Origin: Cycas panzhihuaensis
Lineage: Eukaryota > Plantae > Cycadophyta
DNA: 64,000 nucleotides
Direction: 5' to 3'
NCBI GenBank assembly: GCA_023213395.1
Contig: CM041465.1
Span: 96,293,741 to 96,357,740 of the forward strand
Below the pieces are notes generated by a model, which searched no databases, was not told the DNA's origin, and was given only the letters and a program-made list of their open reading frames with translations. The position numbers were made by a program, and so were the translations under genes. This document shows positions 12,200-27,200 of the stretch, in pieces. The first letter of the stretch is position 1. Every line of letters starts with the position of its first letter.

Positions 12200-13330
12200 T
12201 GAAATATGAAGAACCTGGTAAGCAGATGTAGTAGATTTGCAGTAAAAAATAGACTTCCAAAGATGAGATCTGTTATATATTCTTCTCCAAAAAGCTGAAT
12301 ATACCCCAAAATTAATAGATCTGAAAGAAGACTTGAAGAAATAGTCAAATATATGATAAAAATATAGATCTGAAAGAATATGTAATAGACCTAAGGAAAA
12401 CTTGAATGAATATTATAGATTTAAAGTAGATATGGCATATCTATAGCCAATATTGTAGATCTAAAATAAATATACCAGAAAATAGTGAAATAATAGTTGA
12501 AATAAGTAGATCTAAAAAAATATATAGTAGATCTGAAGTAAAATATAGTAAATATGAATCAAATATTACAGATCTGAAATAAATATACCAGAAAATATTG
12601 AAATAATTACTGAAATAATAAGATCTAAAAATATATATAACATATTTAAATAAAATATAGTATAAAATGATGAAATATTTGATAAAATAAGTAGATCTAA
12701 AAAATATATAGCAGATCTGAAGAATATTTAACAGATCTGAAGTAAAATATAGCAGATCTGAAGTAAACTATAGCATATCTTGAAGAAAACTTGAATAAAT
12801 ATTACATGCAGCTAAAATCCTGTGCATATCTAAGAAAATATTAGATAAATAATAAATATATGTCTGAAAAATACCAAATATATGATAAAATATGTAGATC
12901 TAAAAAAATATGGCTCAACTCTAGAGAAAACTTGAATAAAGATTGCATGCAGCTGAAATCCTGCACACATCTAAAAAAGTATTGGATAAATAGACAAAAA
13001 TATACTTGAAAATAGTCAAATATATGATAAAATTTATAGATCTGAAGAATATGTAGCAAATCTGACAAAAATCTTTAAAAAAAATATTGCTTGATGCTAA
13101 AATCCTACGCAAATCTGAGAAAATATAAGATAAAAAGATGAAATATACTTGAAAAATGTCAAATATTGATCAAAATATATAAAACTTTATTGATGAAACC
13201 TCTATATAGTGATAAAACTTGATATTTGTTGTTTTTAAGCTATGCACCTACATAAATCTGAAGAAATCTAAAATATCTTTATTATAGCATAAGTATATTT
13301 TTAAGAATAATTAAATCTGTGATAAAAATA
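12200..13330. repeat. Degenerate tandem array with an AGATCT core
   Basis: Recurring ~20 bp units such as atagcagatctgaagtaaaat. Higher-order duplications, e.g. ~12785-12925 versus ~12926-13066. Confidence 0.75.
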
Positions 13331-13460
13331 TAAGAAATTGCTGAAAAATCTTTCAGAAAATGAATATAACCAATATTTCTTGCTTGTGAGTAAATCTGCT
13401 TCAAATGGGAATAAATCTTCTTGCTTCTTCAAAAAAAGTTTAACAATGGATCATAAATCT

Positions 13461-13472
13461 GCTCTGATACCA
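13461..13472 (-). promoter_or_regulatory. Primer binding site (initiator tRNA-Met)
   Basis: gctctgatacca is the reverse complement of TGGTATCAGAGC and lies 2 nt from the LTR. Confidence 0.95.
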
Positions 13473-13474
13473 GA

Positions 13475-13863
13475 TGAAGGAAATAAAAATTTAGGAGAAT
13501 AGGGTAAAACATAGAAGAGATAATCAAAACTTCAATACATCAAATATAGCATGAACAAGAAAGCCATTGTATTTAATCCATATTGTGAAGAGAGTAACCA
13601 AATGTCTAATATTATTGGCAGTGTTTAAAGACATTAGGGTTGTACACCCCTCAAATTATGTAGTTTGGAGGAGGAGGGAAACTCCTCAACCCCTAAAATT
13701 CAAATAACAATAAAATAATCATAACTTAACTTAAATGAAATTAACTCAAATTAACATAAACTTACCTACACATGTTGAGCACCCACATGTGTAAATTGAA
13801 GAAGATGAGATGTGTTCCCCTGGTTGGAAGGTGGGAATGGAGTGATGACTATTAACTCCAACA
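13475..13863 (-). repeat. 5' LTR (~389 bp)
   Basis: TG...CA termini (tgaagg...ccaaca); partner of 7061-7448. Confidence 0.95.
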
Positions 13864-14851
13864 TAAGAAAAGTGTCAAATTTTAGGCTTGAATATTTTCC
13901 ATCAAATAGTAATAAATTGAAATAAAAAGAGGGAAGGGGGGTGTAAAAAGCCTTAGAAAATAATAAATTAAGGGTAAAGGTGCAATAAATAATCTAGGAT
14001 GTAAAAATTATTAATAGGTTTGAGATTATAGCTCAAAACCAAGTCATTTCATTATACTTTTTCCTATGAAGTTAAAGGGATCCTTTGGGAACTTTTTGTG
14101 CCTTAATATGTAGGAGTGCTAAGGTTTTCTTGGAAATATGGACTTATATGACCAAGAAAATTAAGTTTAGTGCTTAAAATAGAGTCACTAGACTATACAC
14201 TTAGGTACGTTTTATATTACTTTCCCTAGGGAGCTTTTAAGCATGACATGGTATATTTATAAAATATTTATGGAACTTTCATGAGTACTTTTGTTTTAGG
14301 TTACATGTAATTTGTGGATCACTTATGGTTTTGAGTCTTATAAATGAACAATAGAAAAATTATGAATATAATGAAACTTTTTGGTAAAAATTTTGATCAC
14401 TTATGGCCGAAGAAAACCTATTATAAAATAGGGCACTCATGAGTTTTAAAATTTATTTTTACACATGAGTTTACCAAAATTAAAAATCTAGTTTTTTAGA
14501 GCTACTTACCATCTAACATTAACTATGAGTAAACTAAGAGTCCTTTTAAAATGAGGTCAATTCTAGAGTATCTAGGACAAAATGATAGCTAGGTAGGGGG
14601 GAGACTTAATAGGCCTAACCATCCATTCTAATTTAACTTTTTATTTTTAGTCCTAAATTCCATTTTGGGGTTTTACCCTATTTTAATATTTTTTACTCCT
14701 ACAACATTCTTTCAAACCCTGCCTTTTGGCTAAAATCAAGTAGAATGAAGCCCTGGATAATTCTATCTATTTAGAATTTTATTTTTATCCAATTTTAATT
14801 TTAATTTTAATTTTTTTATCATTAGGTAACTAGGTGCAATTTGTACTGGGA

Positions 14852-15132
14852 CATTTTACTATGGATCATGCCTCATATTGAAATTTAAAATAAGGTGCAA
14901 TGTCTTGTTATAAAACATCACATCCCATTTTGAATTTCACAATAGGACGTCATATCCCATTATAGAAAGTAGCAATAGCTTTCATAATGAGGTGTGATGT
15001 ACCATTATAAATTTCATAATAGGGCATGAAGTCCCATTATAAATTTTATAATGGGGCATAAGTTCCTATCATGGATCATGATAAAACATAACATCTAATT
15101 CTGAAACTCGTAATGGGTAATATAGTAAAATG
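14852..15132. repeat. Array of palindromic ~30 bp units inside an 11 bp inverted repeat; possible DNA-transposon remnant
   Basis: Units such as cccattataa-att-ttataatggg (15033-15055). Flanks cattttactat (14852) and atagtaaaatg (15122). Confidence 0.6.
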
Positions 15133-17923
15133 AGACAAAGTAAAAGAGGGCCAAAAAAGAAAAATTTTTATTTTCTTTAAGTGTTTTTTTGTTTCTAAAC
15201 TAGCCATCAATTATCAAAGATTAACCAATACTTATTTTTTCTCACAAATGGTGTTTGTAATAGTAAATAGGGAATTTGTAAGCTAAGATATGCTTAATCT
15301 GGCTACTAGGATGTATGATGTTATTCAAGGTGTGATGAGGAGCTATTGATGATATCAGATTATGATTTCTCAATAGTATATTTCTTACTAGGCATTTTTT
15401 TACCTCTCATTTTTTGCCCATACTTAAAAAGGGTGTGTAAATAAATAAAATAAGACATGACTTCAATAAAAAGAAGAAGATTGTATAGATCTAAAGTTAA
15501 ATGTATAGATTTTGGAGATCATTAGAAGGTAGATTATGGAGCACTGATAACAGTTAGAAGAAATCAAGATTCATGTTTCATTGAATCTACTATGATAATT
15601 TTACCAAGTCAAAGGTATTTAATAAGCATCAAAGAATTATCTAACTTTAGAGGATGTTGCTTATTTTGCATTAAGTTTCACTCAATCTTATACATTACAA
15701 TATATAAATGGAGCTTTTATTCAAAAGAACCAAGTAAAAGGGTTAAGATAATAGGGGAAGGTCCATCTTACAAGTAAAGAATAAAATAATTCTCATGCAT
15801 TATTGTCCTATAATAAGGCCTTTATTCAAAATCATTGTTTAGAAAAGAAACATGCATGTAAGCAGTGTTAATATAGGAATAGTCAATGTGCAAAACAAAT
15901 AATGATTGGGTCATTCCTATGAATCACTATCCCATAGGAAGACTACATTTTGAACTACTTTTCAAGAAAGAGGTGACAACATGGGAAGTATTGATATAGG
16001 AAAGAGTCATATAGGAGCCACCTCATAAGATAAAGAAAGAAATATGAATTATACCTTACACTGATAACACTTTTTTAAGAATGAAGGACAAAGTAGGAAA
16101 CATCTCACATAAGACAATCTTATGTGGGAGTAATAAGTATAGGAAAAGAGTTAAGGTCCCAACTCTTAACACATAAGAGATTAATAGACTCAAAACCAAA
16201 ACAAAAGAACTATGACATAAGAAGAACTTATACAGGGTTGTATTTATGTGATTTAAAGATTCATAAAAGTAAACTCTTAAAAGCAAATTTCTAAGGGGAC
16301 ATATAGAGTATGTTTCTTGCCTCCCAGAAATGGATCAGGAGATCGCAACGTAGGAAAGTGTAGGTATGTCTCTTCATCTCACATCCCATCAAATTTCCTC
16401 ATGTTTGTTGCCTCACATGATGATTATATGACTGCTAGATATGTGGCTATTTGGGCTTATTGGCTTGCTTGTATCTATTTTTATGCTTATGATGATCAAG
16501 ACTCTGATCCAAATGGCCCTAGAGCCCCTCGTTATGGTCTCCTAATTAATAAAATGACCATTTCGTGTTCTTGCAACTTGGTTTTCATTGAGTTCCAAGT
16601 CATTATTACTTGTTTATTCTATTATTTCCCCCTTCACCACATATGATCAGTCACTTAGATAGCCCAAGGGTTAGTTTGTAGAGGCTTAGGAGGGAATATA
16701 TAGCTTTTCCATTAAGTTTCTAGTAATTTTAATGATATATTGTTAACTTATCCTAATTTCTACCTATCCCACTTTGATTTCTATTGGGCCCATAAAGTTC
16801 TTCATAGTATCATAAATATCTTTGCGGTACCACAAAGAAATTTGCAATGCGACTATTACCTTACTGGTTATAGCTGGCAATGTTTAAATTAGCTCATTAA
16901 TTACATCACTGACATGTTTAATGCCTCAGGGCAAGCCCAGATTAAGGCATAATGGTCATGGGTAACCTCTAAAACAACAAAACTCCATTTCATTTTGAAT
17001 TAGGCATCATTCTCTTCATCATTTAAGCTCATTTCTTAATAGGAAAGGAAAATTCAGCTCTAGGAAGGAAGTATACAATAAAATTTAGATTTTGGGAGCA
17101 AAACACTTCTTAAATCCACTCCTGTAGTCAACAACACTCTCTTTTCTTCTCTTAGCACTTAAAAAGGCCCTCTAAAGGCACACTCTCAAGAGTTGCAAGG
17201 GTCTTCCATCAACAAATTCAACCACAAGCATCAAGCTTACTTGCATGAAGCGGGTAAGGTCTAATCCTTCTCTTATTTTTCAATGTAAACTTCTTCTAGT
17301 TTACTTGGATTTCATCTATTTAGCTCATTTATACTTAGCATCTAGCTTGGAAACTATATTTTATACCTCCCTTTAAAATCTTAGAGAAATTATTTTTCAT
17401 GAACTAGAAACTCTCCATAATAACAACCAAAGCATTGGAGAAGGAAGTGAGTGGTACACCGATTAATTGAGGGAGCTTAGAGAAGGGTAATAAGTGTAAG
17501 TGCAAACTTTTGCACCCCCTACTCATTGGGTGATCCCCTCCCAACATCATATGGTATCTAACCACATTGTGCATGCACCTCTATTCCTATATGAAGTCGC
17601 TCAACCATACCAATTGGTAAGCATCCATTACTCATTTTGAGACTCTGCATCTCATCTTTACACCCTACTTTCCCTTTGGAGCATAGCCTAAAGTTGTAAA
17701 ACTGAATAATTCCTCTTTGTTATACTTAAGAGACCACTCATATTAGGGAGTCCATGCCATCTTGAGGTACACCCCCCCGCCCCCCCCCCCCCCACATCCC
17801 TTTTCCCTCATCTCTCTCTTTCATCCTACACATATCTTTATACGCTTGGGTTTCTTACAAAAGAGAACTAACATTTTGCTTGTTTCCCTCTCTTGATTAA
17901 GAGTAACAAATATTTTACAAAAC

Positions 17924-18237
<314 letters not shown>

Positions 18238-21200
18238 TACAAACATCTCTTGTGGGTAGAATTTTACTTTGTGTATATAAGTGGAGGGCTTACTCTCTTA
18301 AAGTAGCTCATAAGCCATAAGAAGGGCTTCATCCCAAGGTGAGCACCAATTTGTAGTTTAGCATTTTTCTTCCTCATATACATTTTACTTTATTCTATTT
18401 TACATTTGAATATTACTCTAGTTACACCTAGGGAGGTAAGTAAACCTTATTGTCTCTAACAACTCCTATGGAAAAGGAGTCTTCAACACTAGCAAAAGAG
18501 GATCAAGGAAGAGCAAGGTCAAGGTTGCCTTCAAATGTCACAAACTGAGTACACTCCTTCCAAATCCTCTCTTTCTCATAATCATTTCCTTTTAATTGAT
18601 AATACTTGCTCCCTAAATTCCCTATCAAAGCAAACCCACTATCACCTTCTTTCAAGTTTATTCTTTTAATTATTTGCACTTACATATGCATATAAGATAA
18701 AAGTTAAGGATTTACTTTTAACAAGTATATCTCTTTTACACCTATAGGAAAGAAAAACATCCCAAAGTAAAGGAATAGATCCTTCTCTTCTCTTTCTCTC
18801 CTTCTTCACAAAGAAAAATGCATATTAGGATAGAGTTACTTTGACATTTGCATGTACATATGCATACAAAACTAAGTTTAAGTTTTAATTTAGAGAGTGC
18901 ATTCCACCTTGCACAACCAAAGAAAATAATATTAAACAAAATGAACATTACATTTGCATAAGAATATTCACTCCCCCTATTCCTTTATGCCACTCTTGAC
19001 CACATTGTTTACTCTTTTATTTTAGGCCTATAACTTTAAAGTTCTTTTTTTTTTTTTTTGCCAAAGATAAAGAGAGTGAATTGAGAGTGAGAATTTACAT
19101 CTATCATATACCATTATTTGCATTTATTGATTGTTGCATTTGTGATAACATAATCACAACTTCGACACACAAAACACTACATTTTAAAACTAGATGCCAT
19201 ACTCAAGCGAAACCTTATATTCTCACATAACTCTAAAGGGAACCCCTTAAGCAATAAGCAAACATACCAAACCCTCTTTTCCAAAAAGGAAACTTATTCC
19301 CTCCTTAGAAATGAGGATAGGAGAAACCTCCCTAGGCCACTCTGTAATCTAAGAAGGTCCAGCCTTTCATAACCTAGACATGGTATCAATCAACCTAAAA
19401 CCAAGGCCCTATGAGGGTAGAAAGGGAACATGCATCCCGCAGGTCCCTAAACTTGCACCCACAAGGTGCACATATGCCCTTTGAGGGAAAACTAAAGTTA
19501 TGCCACATCTCTTAGACTCCTACCTCCTAAGCTCTTCATTAGTTTGTGTGCAATAATTTATAGTTAACCCCCTGAAGGTGTGCTTCTAGAGTATATGGAT
19601 ATAGTTATAATCTAGACCCTTGATTTAGAATATGCTTTATATTATAGTTATTAATATCAATACAAATCATGATTAAAGTCTAATTTCTCATTATGATGGT
19701 GCCTAAATAACTCTAATAATGCTGACACATTATTAATATGATTATATGCTTAACTTATAAGAAAAAAATACACAAGTATAAAAAGTTATGAAATATAAAT
19801 TGGTTATTAATGTGCACTACATCCCTCCATGTTATTCTAATGGTTATAAAATAAGATTTTAAGGTAAAGGGGGTCATACAAGGTGTGCAACCTAGAGGTG
19901 GAGGGATTAGAATTATAAATTATATTATCTAGTCAAAACAAGGTTCACATACAAATAATCACGAAAATGTTGTAGTTAGTAGGTTTATAAAAGATTCATA
20001 AGATGTGGTACATCCTAAATAATAAAATAGCCATGGGAGGTATGAACCATGTAGTTTTCCACTTAATGCATTGGGAAAATAATTAATTATAGAAAATCTA
20101 ACTAACTCAAATTGAGTTAGTGTCTAGAAAATGTAATCCCTTATCTAGGTTTGTAGTATGAAGAAACATAGAAATCTAACATAGTAGAGTTAGATACATA
20201 TGTATAAGAGGTAGACCTTGAAGATAAAAATCTAATTACATAAATAACGATAACTGGAGGATAGAAAGTATCATGGAGTTACACGATTAGTCATTCATCC
20301 TCTATTGATAAGTATGTAACTAATTAGTTAAAGTAGGATTAGTATATAAGATTCAAATTAGGTATCCTAACATAGATGAAAGATTACTTATACCATTATC
20401 CAACCTTACCTAATTGATTTCCATCATGATGATTATCTTAATGATAATAAAGGGCCACATTTAATAGCACCATAGTGATCAAGATTACTTTAACAACAAC
20501 ACTCATGAGGCTATTATAATAATAACATAACTTTTAGGGAACATCATTAGACTAAACAACCAAAACAAAATCCATTGCCTTATCAAGGCATACGATCATC
20601 CTCTAGCATAGTGATCACAAATCAATAGAGCAAAGGAAGGGTCTAAACTATCATAAAAGATATTTTACACCAACTTGTAATGCAAGTGGAGGAGACTTAG
20701 AAGAGGAGATATCATAGTTTAAGAAGGGAGTTGTAGGAACCTTTTAGAGGAGGACATCAAGTGTTGGGAAGGTGGCTCTGTAGAGAGGAGAGGCTCTTCT
20801 CTAAATTCTTCTTCTCTTCTTCTTCTCCTTTTTTTTCTTTATCTCTTTTCTCTACTTCCTCTTTATTGATAGCTATTTGTACATATATTTTGATTGAAAT
20901 TATATTTTTAGTAAGAGAAAATTATACATATAATAGATCTCATAAATTTAGGAGTAGTTTAGTAAGTGCATTTTACTATTAAAGATCTCAATTCATCATA
21001 ATTATATCTATTTGTATCAATTGATTTTATTATGTAGCATTCTTTCACTCAAGCATTCTATTGTATATAAGTTAACCTTACAATAAAATGTAGATTATTT
21101 AGATAAATGGTTGTTTTCTTCTCAACTCATTAAGTGCATTATCTAATGTTTTGATGTAAATAATTCATCTTGGAAAATGAAGATATACACCTTGTAAAAA

Positions 21201-21949
21201 TCTTGTTGCATGTCATTGATCCTTTTATATTTCTCTCTAAAAATAAAGTTAAAAGGTACATGAATACACATGAGGGCTCTCTAATTATATTATACACACT
21301 TTAACTTTAAGTTATTACAGAGGCATATGATCTATATTTTTAATAGCATATGTTGGTATTAATAAGGGGATTTAGTTAAAGGTTAACAGATGTAGTTAGG
21401 AACTAAATCCCTTATGATATTATTTAGAGGTCTTTACCTACTAATTTAGCTCAAGTAGATCAAGACATCAACCCTTTTCCTATGATAGATACTCAAGTAG
21501 AAAGGAATAGAACTTATCCACCTTCGTTTCCTTTTAATTTTTATCTGCTTCTCCTCTCTTCCTTCATATTTTTTTCCTTTATTATTCTGAACAATATCCT
21601 TAGTAACTCTATGTAATGGACATTTTACTTTTCTTCTTTATATATTATCTATCATAAGAGCCAACTTGAGTATGTTATAGAGTTAGATTTTAACAGTTGT
21701 CTTCACTATTATTCATTCTTACTTATCAAATACAAAGACCATAACTAACCCTTTGAGGGGTGCAATGATAAAGAGACAACAAAAATTAGTAACCATGTTG
21801 GGGATATATACCCCACATTATTTTTTAATTTTCTTTTATTTAGGACCATTACTATACATATCAGATTTAGCATTTTTGGTGAATGGTCAACCTATTAAGG
21901 AGGCATACTAAGAATATTAAGATGTCTAAATATATCAAAATATTAAAGT

Positions 21950-22600
21950 AGTTTGGAGGCCTAAAATTCATAAAATTATAATTTTTACTAGATATGGTAG
22001 CTTGGAAGGATATTTTCCCATAGGTCTATAATGGTCCTTGGGATCTCAAAGGTGAACTACATGATATTCCTAAGATAACTTTGAAACACTACCTCAAGTT
22101 TAGTAGAGGTGGATTAATTTTAGTAAAATGACATATTACAAATTTTTCTTTTATATGTAAGAAGTTTCAAATATATGAGCTTAATGTTGCCATCAAATTA
22201 TTTGTTCATTCTTTAACTAAAGCAACCATGATTTGGTTTTATTCCTTACCATATACTTTATCATAAGTTAGAATAACTTGATGTAGGTTTTAAGGAGGAA
22301 ATATAATAGTAAGAATACCTTTTCTTACATCATTAAAGAGTTGTCTTCCATCAAGAAAAGAGAAATAGAGACTATTACATAGTATATTGACATATTTAAT
22401 TTCATTCTCAATCATATCGAGGTAGAATCAAGACTTGTATAATATATCCTTATCAAGTGGTTTCTTAAGGGTGTTAATCCTAAAATCAAATGATTAATTG
22501 TTTCCAAAGAGCTACGAAATTTTTAAGTAGCTAAATCACTCACTTTGGATTTTGAAATGATCACAAACAAATTGGTACAATAGGTAGAAGATAACCTTCA
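21950..22600 (+). pseudogene. Degenerate Gypsy gag remnant (Retrotrans_gag-like)
   Basis: IKLFVHSLTKATMIWFYSLP and ELSSIKKREIETIT*YIDIFN resemble the gag capsid motifs. Confidence 0.65.
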
Positions 22601-24260
22601 AACTAATATGCTATTAATAGAGCCAAAATAAAAGTAGATTGATACCAATTAGGAGAGTAGATTTGATATTATAGTGGCAAATGAAGAGGATGTGTAGATA
22701 AAATTAGATATCATAGGCACTTATGTAATAAATTATGACAATACTAAGATGATCTTAGTATTTAACAAATACAAACATAAAATTAAAATTATTTAAGATG
22801 AGTTAATAATCTTAAATGGCTCTCAAGATTTTCTAAGAGGCCATACCCATGAATATACCTGTTTGATTTCATGTTCCCAAATATTATATCAAAGCCAAAG
22901 GGTCCTACATAACTGAAGCCTAAAGTTGAGGAGAGTGGTGAGATTGTTGATTGCCCAGTGAATCTTTCAAACCTAGGACTTGTCTTGAAGGTCGATTAAC
23001 TCCAACAACATACAGAAGTAGGCACAACAAATTAGTGGTGGTTGAAGCAATGAAAATCACTAATCAATAAAGAAAAAGGGTCAATTGTAGTCATTATTTA
23101 AATATGTAGGCCATGAATATGGAAATAGATAGCTCGTTGGGGGTCATCTAAAACTGATAGATAAATAAATATATTGTTGGAGCCACTAGAAGCATGTACT
23201 GATAGAGATTAAATAATATTGAGCATAGCCATACTAGTGTACGTCTAAGTCCATTATACCTCTCATCAAAATATCATAAAATTTAATGAAATAAGCCTAT
23301 TTTTTAGTATTGTTTATTATTAAACCCCTTCTTAGCACCTATGGACATGATTGGAGCCTATACTAGTGTTTTTTAATCTAAACATAAGTGTTGGAATGAG
23401 TGCACAATAGTAGAAGGCTACTTCATCAAAGTTTATATGTATTTGTGAGAATATTAGAGACTCGTGCATAAATCAAGCTTAGGAACAGCAATATTAAGGC
23501 CAATTGGGTACTTATTAAGGTGGTTAGGCATGTTTGAGAGGTGGTCAGGTAGCATACAAGTTATTTACTAGTCATATAAAGAATGTACAAGGTTGTAGCT
23601 CCATGCACTGGTTCATGTAGTGTATGTAGGTTAGATCTATACTACGATAGCTACACCTTTTTTTATGATGTAAATGTGACTTTTGGATCCATTTTTGCAT
23701 GAGTATTACAAAGTTTTAAACCTTAGTAAATAGTAATATCTCTTTTTCCCTTCATTTCAATCATGTGGGTTAAGTGATAAGACACGAGATTTTGTAAAAA
23801 GTTGCAACCCATAGAATATACCTTTTAGTATATTCCTCTTAATAGAACTTTATAAAAGGGCATTTTGACCATTGATATTACACCATATTTTATATTATGA
23901 AGGATATATGAGGTATTCTTGAGTTGTTTTGACCATGGATTGAGGAGATTTTTGTGTTTTTTGACTTGGAGATTGTGCATTATTATTATATAAAGTCATT
24001 CTCTGCTCTTGGAGCACTTTTCTAAGTGACTTAAGGGTTTTTGTTTTTTAGACTTTTGAGTTCATTTAAGGGTATTTTTATCCATTTATGAGGGGAGAAT
24101 AGTTGGTGAGTCACCTAAAGCATGCATAGTCAATGTTTGGAGTACCCCTCGAGTGTGTGCGCCTGAGTTAGAGGAGACCAAAGTGGTGCATTTTTATCCA
24201 GGAAGCCTATTAGACATTTCTTTAATATCATTTGACTCATATTGAAGCATATTTCTCAAG

Positions 24261-27200
24261 ATGGAGTATATTATGCCTAAGGTTATCTTCAATGGTAACA
24301 ATTTTAGTGAGTATAAGGCTAATATAGAGCTTATTTTGATGGTGAATCAACTTTGGAGTATCACTAAGGCTAAAGTGGACGATTCCATTAGACCATAAAA
24401 AGTGTGTTTAACTCAAAGAAAAGAAATTCATGGCTATAGGATTATTAAAACTATCACTAGCACTAGACCGGAGAGCCTTGGTTCATAATCTAAATGAATC
24501 AAATAAAATTTGGACAAAACTATGTGAAACCTTTAAAAAGAAGAAGAGGAATAAATGTCTTGCCCTGATGTTAGAGTTACTCAATTGGCATGTAGAAGAT
24601 AAGAATAATATTAGCTCCTACCTAAACAAAATCATAGACTTGAACAATAAGCTAGAAGAACTAAAGTAGAATTTGATCCATGATACATTGTTATTCAGAA
24701 TAATCATGTCAAGGCTACCAACTGCATTCCCCACTTTTTAGACCATGCATGGTAGAGATGAGGTGATGGAGATAGAGAAGAAGAAATTAAATGAAAAATA
24801 TAATTACTACAAGAATGATGGTCATAGAGAGAAGAATTATTAGTTCAAGAGATGTGATGTGCAAAGTAAGCCAAGATGGTAAAAGAAAGAGCATTGTTAC
24901 TCATTGCATCAGAATAAAAACCTTATCAACCATGTTAGATCATAGAGATTATTAGGTGCTTGAATCTAGAGCATAGAAGCATGTCTTTGACTAGAAGTGT
25001 AACTTTGATACAATGACTAAAAATCATAGTAGTGCAAAGACTATCCTTGGAGATGCTCATGTATTGCCAGTGGAAGGTATCGGCAAAGTATCCATTATAG
25101 GTGGTAAGTTTACCAGGGTATACTACATATCCAAGATGTAATTAAACCTTCTTTCAACTTGGGAAATCTACAAAGAAGGTATGAAAGTAGAGATTTACAA
25201 TCATAGATATCTAATTAAGGATCTAAAGTAGAACTTCTCTATCATTGCTATTAGAAAAGTCAAAGACAACTTTTGGGTGTTTGAGAAATTTTAATCTTAG
25301 AAGAAGTCATATGCCTTTGTCATCAACATTGATGATGTGACTAGACTTTGGCATAATCATCTAGGACACCTTAACTATAGGAGCATCGCACTACTAAAGA
25401 GGTTGAAGATGGTGGACAGTTTGCCATCAGTTTCCTACTTAGATGGTATCTATGAAGGGTGTATGTATGGAAAGCATCACCGCTACCCTTTTGCTCGAGA
25501 GAATACTTGGAGAGCCAAGGGGAAGTTGGAGCTTATATATATAATGGGGCCTCTCCCAAACCCTTCGATATTAAGAGCTCATTACACTCTTGTGTTTATA
25601 GATGATTATACCAGGAAGGCCTGGGTTTACTTTCTCAAAAATAAGTTAGTTGTATTCAATCACTTCTGTGACTAGAAAGTGATGGTGGAAAATGAAAGTA
25701 ATAAGAAAATTAAGTCATTAAGAAGTAACAATGGTAAGGAATACAACACTCATGTATTTAATTAGTTCTACTATGATCATGGTATAAAGAATAAATTTAT
25801 AGTCTCATATATCCCATAAGAGAATGGAGTTGTTAAATGAAAGAATTGTACCATGATGGAGATGGTGAGATGTATGGTACATGCTAAAAACCTACCACTG
25901 ATGTTTTGGATAGAGGTTGTGATGATTAATGTATATATTTTGAATTAGATACCTACTCAAGTAGTTTAAAATATAACCCCTAAAGAAAAATAGACTAGTT
26001 AGAAGCCTATCATTAGCCATTTGAGAACCTCTGGGTGTATTGGATACACCCACATCCAAAATAATACTCATAAGAAGTTGGATCGAAAGAGTCTGAAGTG
26101 TATATTCATGGGGTATTATGATTAGAATAAAACTTATAGACTATGGGATCCATAGCGGAAGAAGAGTGTGGTTAGTTAGGATGTAAAATTCGATAAATCA
26201 TTGATGTATCATACTAATAGAGCATCAGAAGAGCCTTTCTATCCCCCTACTCCCATTACCAGATTCATCAAGTAAAGAGGATGATGAGCTAGTCATTGGA
26301 ATACATGAGGAAGTAAGACCAAGTGGGATAAGTAATAGTGAGGAGCTATCATAAGAAAAAGTACCTTGAACAACAGTTTTTTTTATACCTTTATAAGCAA
26401 TGAAGACTATTAAAGATTTTAGTGTAGCAATGCATACCCTAACTAATGACATAAGAATAAAAAGCTAGCATGCCAGTTAAACTCTGCTAGTAAACACCAA
26501 TAACTCTAGTGATCCTCATTCATTTGATGAAGTGAAAGGAGATCTATAATAGAGGAAGAGTATGGTTCATTAACAAGGAATAATATATGGGATTTGGTTC
26601 CACTTCCCCTGATGAAGAACCTTGTTGGATGTAAGTGGGTCTATAAGATAAAGTTTTACTATGATAGAGAAGTGGATAAATATAAGGCTAGACTTGTTAC
26701 TCAAGCTTTCAAGCAAAAAAAAGGAATTGACTATGAGGAGATATTTATACTAGTCTTTAGAATGATAACTATCTGATTGATTATTTCCTTAGCAGTTGCT
26801 TATGGTTGGGAGTTACAACAAATGGACATTAAGTCTACATTCCTTAATGGAGATATAAAGGAGGATATATATATATCGTAGCCTTTAGGATTTATTAAGG
26901 AAGGCTAGAAGCATCTTGTTTACCGGTTAAAGAAATCAATATATGGCCTAAAATAAGCACTATTTACTTAGTATGAGAAGATAGATACTAAGTTAAAAGT
27001 TAAAGGTTTTGAAATTTCTAAACCCAACCTAAATTTGTATGTAAAATAAAGAGGGACTTCAATGGTTACTTGTGTGGTGTATGTAGATGATTTAATCATT
27101 GGCGATAACTATTGCAAGACTATTACAAAAGTCAAGTCTAATTTAGGATCTTCTGTTGACATGATAAACCTTAGGAGATTTCATTATTTCTTAGGCATTT

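Larger units (their letters stand above)
7061..13863 (-). mobile_element. Non-autonomous Copia-derived LTR retroelement carrying host-gene fragments
   Basis: Direct repeats at 7061-7448 and 13475-13863. Perfect PBS TGGTATCAGAGC (minus, 13472-13461) and PPT at 7449-7460. 5 bp TSD caaga/taaga. Truncated Copia gag, no pol motifs seen. Confidence 0.93.

Noticed and set aside
16317-16646. 109 aa ORF
   Set aside because: No recognisable domain and a non-ATG start; probably decayed TE sequence.
22900-23700. Possible cargo upstream of the 24261 Copia gag
   Set aside because: Coding-like composition, but hand translation of several frames gave no recognisable protein and element boundaries are unclear.
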